Origin: Harriotta raleighana
Taxonomy: Eukaryota
Assembly (NCBI GenBank): GCA_050575255.1
Contig: JBNZDD010013674.1
Span: forward strand, 2,141,058-2,205,057
Direction of reading: 5' to 3'
Length of the DNA stretch: 64,000 nucleotides
The translations under genes were made by a program, and so were the position numbers. Below, piece after piece: positions 54,988 to 64,000 of this stretch (positions are counted from its first letter, which is position 1; the number at the start of each line of letters is the position of its first letter). The notes below the pieces were generated by a model. It was not told the DNA's origin, searched no databases, and saw only the letters and a list, made by a program, of their open reading frames with translations.

Positions 54988-56439
54988 GCTGGGCTGGGCA
55001 GATGCTGACAGACAAAATTAAAATGTTGTTAAAACTGACAGCTCAGCTGGGAACATCATGTCAGAGGCTGGACACACGTCCACTACATTTACCTGTTTGC
55101 TTAGCTGAGTAAATAATGCATCATTCACATGCTAATTCATGTCGGTTCATTTCATATTTATAATCCAGCAGAATGAAGAGTTGAATGTCCCACCAGGCAG
55201 AACTTTCAGTCACACATCATTTTGGCTCTAACTGCTTTGAAAAATCATTTGAAATAAATTGTTCCCCGCTGTTTATCTGCATGAACAATCGCCACATTTT
55301 TAATTATTAGATTAATGAAAAACCTATCATCATCTTGTGGCGTGCCCTCTGAAAGGCACGTGCATTTGATTTTTTAATATGTTTCAATCACTGAGATCAG
55401 AAAAGCACATGAGAGGTTCATTTGAAAAAGGCCTTTTGGCCCATTTAATCTTAGTCTTTCAGAAGACCCATCCAACTGTCTTCCCACTACAGGATTAAAG
55501 TTGTTTTTAAATGGGTCCAGTGTCCTTGCCTCAGCCACCCTTCCTGATAATATGTTTCTGTCATTATATTTCATAGTGTCTCTGTGCAGAAATTGGCCTT
55601 TGTAACTCTAATACTGTGTTCTTTTGTTCCGCTATCTTGGTACATCTATTTTAAATAGAAATTGAAAAGATTTTAAACAGGATTGAGAAAGTAAATCAAG
55701 AACATTATTTTAGGATTAGGAAATGAATATGAATGGAAGAGTTTTTCAGCAACTGCAAAGAGGCCATTTTCACCTGCCTGTCCGCCCTAACACTGGGGAG
55801 CTGTCACTGAGAGTAGGTAAGGACTGTGTTGGCTTAGACTAGACTTTATGGAGTTGTTTGCCTCCTGTCATGAAATGTTCTAGTTTTAGTGACAGTGAGC
55901 AATCAACTATCAATCTATCACTGAACAAAAAAATGTAAAACACTCTAACTCCTGCCCTAGGGGAAACCTAAATGAGCTCAATTATGAAACAGCTTGATAT
56001 TGTAATGGGAAGATAGAAGAGTCAGTATTCTGGAAGGATGAGATGAGATGGTCAAAGGGTCTAATTCGTCTGACCTTCTCTCTTGTGATCTTGTGCGCGT
56101 GTGTAAAAAAAAATCAAATGGCAGGTTAAAGCAAAGCAGAAACTCTGCTTCTGTCATAGCCATTAATTTGAATAAGATGAAATAAAATGCAGCTGCAGAG
56201 TCAAGGTGCATTTATTACATTAGCATTGGGTAACATTAACAGCATTTTGGGGAGCCGTTTGGCTGATAGTGTATCCCTTTTTGTTTCTTGTTAAAGGCTG
56301 TTTCCTGTGACATTTAGTACAAACACCAGTAGACTGTTAAATTATTTAGGTGGTTTTCATGGTGTTACAGAAAAATGTAACATCTGTTGATGGGTTAACT
56401 CTTAAAAGTTCCACTCATCTCTTCTCATTGCACTATTCA

Positions 56440-57033
56440 ATACTTCACCCCAACATCTGTCGAAACTCCAATCCATGCCTTTGTCACCTCTCGGCTGGAC
56501 TACACTAACGCCCTCCTCACTGGTCTTATCTCCACCACTACCCACAAAATTTCAGCTCCTACTAAATTCCTTCGCCCACATTCTCACCTGCACCAAACTC
56601 TTGTACCTCGATTACCCCAGTCCTTGCCAGACTCCACTGGCTCCCTGTCACAGAGTGGATCAACTTCAAGGTCCTCACTCTTGTGTTTAACTCACTCCAC
56701 TCCTCTGCACCCACCTACCTCTCTAACCTCCTCTCTCCTCACAGCAGTACCCACTCCCTGCGTTCTACAGGGTCGAGCCTACTCTTTGTCCCCCTGAATT
56801 CACCGCTCCACCATCGGCGGCTGTACTTTCTGCCACTATGTCCCGAAACTTTGAAACTCCCTCCCTCAACCCCTTCATCTCGTCCCCTCACTCCTTTCCC
56901 ATCTTCAGATCATGCCTGAAGACCTACTCTTCAACCGTGCCCCTGGCTTGGCTTCTGGCTCCGCTACTGTGAAGCGCTCTGAGATGCCACTCGGCGTGAA
57001 GGGTACTATAGAAGTGCAAGTTGTTGTTGTTAT
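56440..57033 (+). mobile_element. L2 LINE 3' end with tail
   Basis: atccatgcctttgtcacctctcggctggactac (IHAFVTSRLDY) and ctccactggctccct (LHWLP). Tail gtgaagcgctctgag...tatagaagtgcaag(ttg)n. Confidence 0.8.
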
Positions 57034-58611
57034 TCTACTGGTACACTTTTTAGGCTAAAAAAAAAAAAAGTTATTCATATATTATATCTTTCCTGAAAAT
57101 TTAGATATCACGGTGATATTTAAACTAATGTAACATCTTACGCACCAAATGTAAGGCACTCACCAACACGTAAGCAAAAATATTTTGCTTTCATTTGTAC
57201 AATGAATAGCAAACATAAATCAAATAAGCAGTGCTCTCAATAAATAAATATTTAAATTCGAAGATGAGGTGAAGTTTGGTTTTAGTTTAATGAAATAAAT
57301 GTAATTAAATATTGACTACAGGCTGTTCCAGATCCTATTTACAATGAATTCCACTGAACGCAGTAAGATTCCATGGAAGCTGTCTCTGTTTTGTAGTTAT
57401 CACAAGAATGATTTGGGTAAAGAAGATTTTTCAGTCTCTTTGATTTCATTCTTCCAAAATACTCACCCTAGATCTTTCGATCACAGCAGTAAACTGTTCT
57501 TTGAATGAGTCCAGTGTCCTGCCCTCAACCACCCTGCCTGGTAATGTGTTCCAGTCATTTTTATGTAATGATTAACACAATGTTAATCAGTGTTGTTTAC
57601 ACGCTATAATTGTATGGAATAGAATGATTTGTACAATGTAGTTTCCCAATAGATAATGTAACAAATAATATTGTGGGGGAGTTGCCAATAAAATCAAAGG
57701 ACAATATTTATAATACCTAGACTGACCATCATAGTCTCAGCGTTGTCACTCTAAACAAAGGGAATAGATGTTTCTATGAATCGTCCTACTGAAAAAGAGA
57801 ATACAGGCTAAAATCAATGTGTTGGCTGCAGAGAAAGAAGATGTTGGTTCTGAAACAACCTCCTGAATCAGCCAACATTTCGGGAAAGGGAATTATCACT
57901 TCAGATCATGTCCTCAACAGATTCACTGAAGTGGTTGGACACTGAAGAACCATTAGTAGCTCCAGTGGACCATAAAATATCTAGACATGGTTCCCAACTA
58001 TCCCTTGCCTGTACTATCTCAACTATTAAAACTTTATATATAGAGGTCTTTCAGGTGCGTAATTGACCGCCAAGGAAAGAGAAGATAAGATAGCAAAGTA
58101 AACTGGCTTCCACAGAACTCTAAGCCTCGGCTATTTGCTGCAATGGGGAAGGCAGCACATTTAACCTCCTTCACTTGCAATGGGAAAATCCCCCATCCCT
58201 CAAGTCCAAGGTTTTAAACAGAAGTCTCAAATACAGTAGTAGCCACATTGCTTATATTCATGCTTTTGAAGGAAAAAAAGTCTTTAAATAAATAAAATAA
58301 CAAGTAATAAATTGGGTCACTCAATCCACGATTGTTTATGGTACACTGCCGTGGGCAATTGGCTGCCACATTTCATACACTTTCACTTTACAGTATATTG
58401 TGTGAAGCGCTTTGAGCTGCCTCGAAGACATGAGAAAGTGCAATTTCCAATGCATGGATTATTATATTATTATTATTACTCACTCTATAGAACACAAAGT
58501 AACCTTGCTAGAGAATTATCCACCATACTACAAAGGAAATGCTGAATTTAAATAATTGATCATTGCAAGTGATTGTTGCTCTATACTGAAAATATACATT
58601 AAGTACATATA

Positions 58612-58938
58612 CAAAGTTATTTTCTTCAAGTACAATTGTCTGGAACATTATTAACTACCTGCTGTGAGGATGTGAGAAACGAAAGAGACAAGTAAGCTCC
58701 TCAAATTAGCACTGGTCTTCTTCTCTATATGAGCTACCGTATCTAATAGCACTTTTTCATATCCTTTGATATTCCTATTTTTTTCAAGCAAAATGGATTC
58801 TCCCTGAATTCTGGTTCCCGGCAGAGAATTCCATATTCCAACCAAGTGTAAAGATGCTTTGGAATATACACAATAACAATCCTCACAGCAGGTAGTTAAT
58901 AATGTTCCAGACAATTGTACTTGAAGAAAATAACTTTG
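58612..58938. repeat. Perfect 60-bp inverted repeat with a 207-bp spacer
   Basis: 58612-58671 (caaagttatt...gctgtgaggat) is the exact reverse complement of 58879-58938. Confidence 0.9.
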
Positions 58939-59204
58939 ATTTTAAAAGAAAGGAAAGATGCATATCTAGAACCTGCTCCTTTTCGACATAATGCCACAAG
59001 TAAATTCAGGTAGTATGAATATACTGTACTGTATAGAATATATGGAGTTGATGCAGCAACAAAAAAAAGAAAAACTGAGAAATGAAAGTATTCTTTATAT
59101 CTATATTTGCATGCAGACATATAAAAGTCTCAGGGCAAAGGCAGGTAATACAAAATTTACCTGTGAAAAATGTGCAGCACAAATTGTTGTCTATTTATAT
59201 TGTT

Positions 59205-59385
59205 CCTTACCCCTTCCCTTACCTCCTTCAAGATCAATCTGAAGATCCTCTTCAACTGTGCCTACAGACACCCTCCATCCCCCCACTATTTTCCACATTC
59301 TCTGATCCCGACCCTGAGCTCAGGTTCGAAACACTGATTGTCCAGCGCCTTGGGACGTCCTCCCGACGTGAAAGGCACTGCAATA
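59205..59385 (+). mobile_element. L2 LINE 3' tail fragment
   Basis: ctccttcaagatc...cagcgccttgggacgtcctcccgacgtgaaaggcact. Confidence 0.55.
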
Positions 59386-60337
59386 CTGGCTGAAAAAATA
59401 TATTCAAACACATTGCACTCAAGCTGAATATTTTCTTTGCACTGAAATGCACTTTGCCATTGATTCAGTTCCAGGCTTGCATTCACTGAAATGGACATAG
59501 TCTGTCGAGTGAAAATCAACTGAATATTGATAGTTAAAGCATAAAAACTGACTGTGCAAAGTTAACATTAACATCCAACCAACCATTTCTAAAACCATTC
59601 TTTGAAGTCAGGGAGAGAGAAGGTGATTTGAGACTAAATGTTGTGACTTTGAAGGTATGCGCTCGTAATGGGAGACAAGGAGAAACTGACTTTGAAAAAT
59701 TGAAAGAAACAAGATATTCATCGTCTCATTGAAGGACACAGAGAAGACCAAGGCTCAGTGATTCAGCCAATGCGCTGGAAGAGAAATGAAGGTTACCCGA
59801 ACTGGAGGTATGAAAATCTGAGGGAAGTTGATGAATATAGAGTGAATCTTTAGGAAAAAGTTGATAGCTGAGGCCCTCTGAATAGACTAGTGAATAAAGT
59901 TTCCTTACTCCACACATAATAATTCCTCCGAAAAAATCACAATACTGTAATAACATTGGTCATTTCAATCCACGACTGTTTGTGCACCATTGCTGTGCGC
60001 AATTAGCTGTTACGTTTTGCCCACAAATATACAGTCAATTCATTTTACAGTATATTCTGCGAAGCACTAAGAGACATCTAGAAGATGTGAAACGTGCTAT
60101 ATCAAATTCAAGGATTATTATTATTATATTCACCTGCATTCACATGTTGTGCCTGAATAATAATCACTCGAATAAGAACCTATTGTCTTCTATGGAACTG
60201 TAACCAAGCAAAAGTCATCTCTGGAAAGTCTGTGTCCAAGTGGGATACACCTTAAATTAAAGGTTATTTACGAGAGAAAATGAGGAGGGCATTGGTTGTT
60301 ACGTGTGTTGATCAAGTTTCAAGATAGAACAATACCA

Positions 60338-60720
60338 ACCAACAACTTGCATTTATTTAGCGCCATCCACACTGGGTATGGTCTCAGAGTGCTTAGCAAC
60401 GGAGGAGCCTGACTCTGAGCCAGGGGAGATGGGAAGAGGTGGCCATAAGCACAGACAAAGATAAAGGTTTTCAGGTGGGACTTGAAAAGGGGGAGGTAGG
60501 GGGCAAGGCATAGGGATTGAGTGAAAGTGTTCCAGAGTTTTTGGGGTTAGTGGCTAAAAGCGCAACCTCTGCTGGTGGGGCGGAGAGTACAAGGGATGAG
60601 GAGGAGGACAGTGCCAGTCAAATGGAGGCGCTGGGTGGTGGATTGGGGAGTGAGATGGTCGGAGAGGTAGAGAGATGCCAGGGAGTGAGTGGATTTGAAC
60701 ACTACTAAGTTTGAGGTTCA
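60338..60720 (-). mobile_element. L2 LINE 3' end
   Basis: caacaacttgcatttatttagcgcc tail in reverse, followed by the G/A-rich reverse complement of the L2 3' region. Confidence 0.6.
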
Positions 60721-63700
60721 AGATCTTTACAAACTGAGTGCTTTTCCTTTCCTGAGTCCATTAAGTTATACAGAAAGAAATGTTCCTAATTCATATAATC
60801 ATTTTGTACTCTTCGCCTGCAAATCACACTGCTGCAGGTAGATTATTATACAGTTTCATAACCACATCAATCAAATAATGTCTATTTTGCATCTTTGCTG
60901 TACGCTGGAATTATAAGTGCTGATCCATTGTGACAAGTTGCTCATTAGCATTTACAGTATCTTCAGTGTGGATACATCTACAGACATTTTATCAAAGAAG
61001 TCTGGCACTGATAGACATTACCTCAAGGTCGTACAAATGTAAAATAAGTAGCTGTTATATAATTAGTCACAAGCTGTGCCCGGTGGACATTAAAGACGAC
61101 AGGATCTTATGATAATTTGTAGGTTTAAAAAAAAGTTGAGATGCTATTTGCTCTCTTCCATCATTTTACAAGTACTTCATGTAAAGTTTCCAGGCAGGAA
61201 AGTTGTCAATAAAATAACAGGGAAATAAATGAAGCAAATATAAGATTATTCCCTGTATATTTGAACAGCATTGTACCAATTGTACCACGTTTCTTGCCAC
61301 CTGATTCACAATACAATTTCGAGATGAAGTAAGTTTCATTTTAATTACATGCTACCTAACCATCTAAACTCTGTCTTTCAGATCATTTCAAGCTTTTAAA
61401 CCTGTTTTAGTGCATTTTAAAAATCACCAATGAGAGGATTCAAAAAGTAATAAGACGTTAGATTGAATAAATGTCACAAGCAAAAAAAAAAGTGGAACCA
61501 AATGAAAGATGTTGTATAACTATTGAATTGGTAATTCAGCAAGTAGGAACCCGGTAGTTAGTGGATTGGTGGATTGCCTTCTGGGGGTAATAATCCTGCC
61601 CCCAAAAATTTGATCACTCAATCCATGGCTGTTTGTGGGACACTCCTGTGTGTAATTGGCTGTCGTTTTTTCCCACAAAATACACAATCACTCCACCTTA
61701 CAATATATTTGGTGAAGCACTTTGATACAACTCAATGACATGATAAGACGCTATATTAAATACTGTACAAGGATTATTATTATTTTATTTTTACTAACCA
61801 ATGAAAATTTTACATCTTGTTTAGACTAGACCCTCCTGAAAATAATTCCACCTCCCTTGTAGGATGTACAAGACAAAAACTAAACATACACAAACAGATA
61901 CATTACCTAAATAAACAGAGATTATACATCTCCTTTAAAAAGTGTGCTGAGAGGAAAAAATTACATATGATGGAATGCTGGACAGGTATTGTAACCTTCA
62001 TTTCCACCACTGCAAAGTTCTTACTGCTACTTGACCGAGTTACATCTTTTACCTATATGAACAGGCTCAGGAGCTATAAGCCAAATGGATCCTGATCTAA
62101 CCAACTACAGATCTGGATAGCAGGTGAACTCAACACAAGGATTGTTATAATAGTTCAGACTTGTCAAGAATCTCAGTTTTGTGCCGATTGCTGTAGCAGC
62201 TCATTTCAATATTTGTAACGAAACGTATTTATTTGATCCCAACTCCCAAAGTTCATCATTTTAAATTTCATCTTCTCCTATCAATACATCACTTCTAGAG
62301 ACTTGTTGTCACCTGTATTTCCTGTCACACTCTTCAGCTATTGCCTTCAGAACCATTATTGGTTGTAATCAGAATATTCCTGATCGACGCCAACAGTCAA
62401 AGCATAAAGGCTTTACCAGGACTGCAAACTATTACAGCTGTCAGAATCCTGATTGGAGCCTGCCAGTTTATGTACCTTGCTCTAAATATCTATCTATTGC
62501 TGCCACACAAACAAAGCCTTGGTCAATAAATTAGCCAAGATGTAAGAACTGCAACTGCTGTGGAGGGCTACAACTATGAGCAGAATTCTATTTCATATTC
62601 ATGCTAACTAACAACAGATTTTACAGATAATGAAATCAGTGCAAACTCAATAAAACAAGTCAAGCTATACACTCTCCACATGAATATACTTGGAATGAAA
62701 CATTTATTTTGTATTTTGGTTTGAAATCTGAGTACAAAATATATAACGTAATGCCACTCTTTTTTTAAAGAAATGCTTTTCCTTATGATTCCTAATTCGC
62801 TGCTCTTTCTCAGGGCTTTACTATTTTCTTCTAAATTTGGAACTATTGAAAGAAAACAACTATTCTCAAGTTTTCATATAAGAGATTAAACTGGGTTTAA
62901 CATTGAGGCCAGCCATCTGATTATGCGTTCTCTTTGCTTTGTAACTGGAGATTTATACGTGCAATATATCAGCACAGGCCTTATCAGCTCTCTGCAGCCT
63001 GGATTTGAATATACTTTTGCTAAATCCAGACTACCCTATAGTAAACCATGCTTTCATTTGCAAATCTTACAGTGTCACGTTTTTCAGAGCAATTTAAAAC
63101 TAAAATAATTTTGAGGAGGCTTTTCTTCCGCAAGTAGAAATAGTTACTACCCCAGCTCTTTTACTTTATCTGGCGTGTTTGCTGTTTCACTTGCAGAAAA
63201 GTCATTAAAATTTCACACAAACGTTTAAATGCCACTAATTATTGCAAGATAAATTTGAAGTACAGAGTATGTGAAAGAATTAATGTTTGGTAGTTTGACA
63301 GCAGAGTGATTCAAAGCCAAACTGCAAATTCCCAGATAAGAACTTAACTAAACATTGAGGGTTGAACTTTTGGCAAACATTGCTTGCCAAAATCAATGAG
63401 ATTTAGTTTTGATACCAGGAATTGAAACCTACACAACTGGGAAATTTACAGAATGATAAGAGTCTACAGATTGTAGAACATTGTACACAAGGCATTGTAG
63501 CAGCCACCATTAGGTAGCGTTCCGGGGTAAGAATGGGAAACAGTTAAATCAAAAGGTTGACTTCATCTCTAGACTGCAAAGGAGAGTTCACACTGAGATG
63601 GGAAAAGATATAGGGAGCTGGTACCTTAATTGGATGACCACAGTTGTGTGCTATGCAATCACACGTGGCTCTCTTCTCCAACAGTGATTACAGGTTGGTT

Positions 63701-64000
63701 AATTGACACAAAGGAGTCAGAATATCTCTGACCAAGTGATATCTACCCTGACCCATTTGCTAATAGCAAAGGAAAAGTCATAATATGAAGTTGCCACCAC
63801 ATCCTTGAGTGTTATATAGCCTTATGGTGTACATTTTGGTGAATAGGTTGTTTACCTTTTGACTCCACTCATTAGTAAATATTTTACACTGGTCATATAG
63901 GCCCTACACAGCGTTGTAAGATGAGGGGACAAAAGACCATTTAGCTGCAATTGGACAATTGGCCAAACAACTGAACAAACCGACATCAATCTCTGTCTCT

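Noticed and set aside
55005-64000. SYT1 promoter or 5' non-coding exons
   Set aside because: No CpG island or convincing exon. The first coding exon has a splice acceptor, so transcription starts further upstream, probably outside the window.

Overview
Vertebrate genomic DNA, AT-rich and repeat-laden. It is most likely from a cartilaginous fish, inferred from the SYT1 residues and the Deu-domain SINE/L2/CR1 repeat content. The window holds the complete coding region of synaptotagmin-1 (SYT1) on the minus strand: 8 coding exons from ATG at 54987 to TAA at 16738, 1287 nt, 428 aa. All GT/AG junctions and reading phases check out by hand. A ~1.7 kb 3' UTR runs to an AATAAA at 15068-15073. The promoter and upstream non-coding exons are not identifiable here. 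The rest is intronic or intergenic: tRNA-headed Deu-domain SINEs, decayed L2 and CR1 LINE fragments, and Tigger/pogo-like MITEs. Three tandem duplications split by a single N look like assembly artefacts. The most notable items are a (GAT)9 poly-Asp expansion next to the conserved ALK alternative acceptor, a dense 3' UTR set of neuronal miRNA and Pumilio sites, a perfect 60-bp inverted repeat, and a SINE head that still folds as a tRNA. I found no evidence of a wholly new biological system. Repeat coordinates are approximate.
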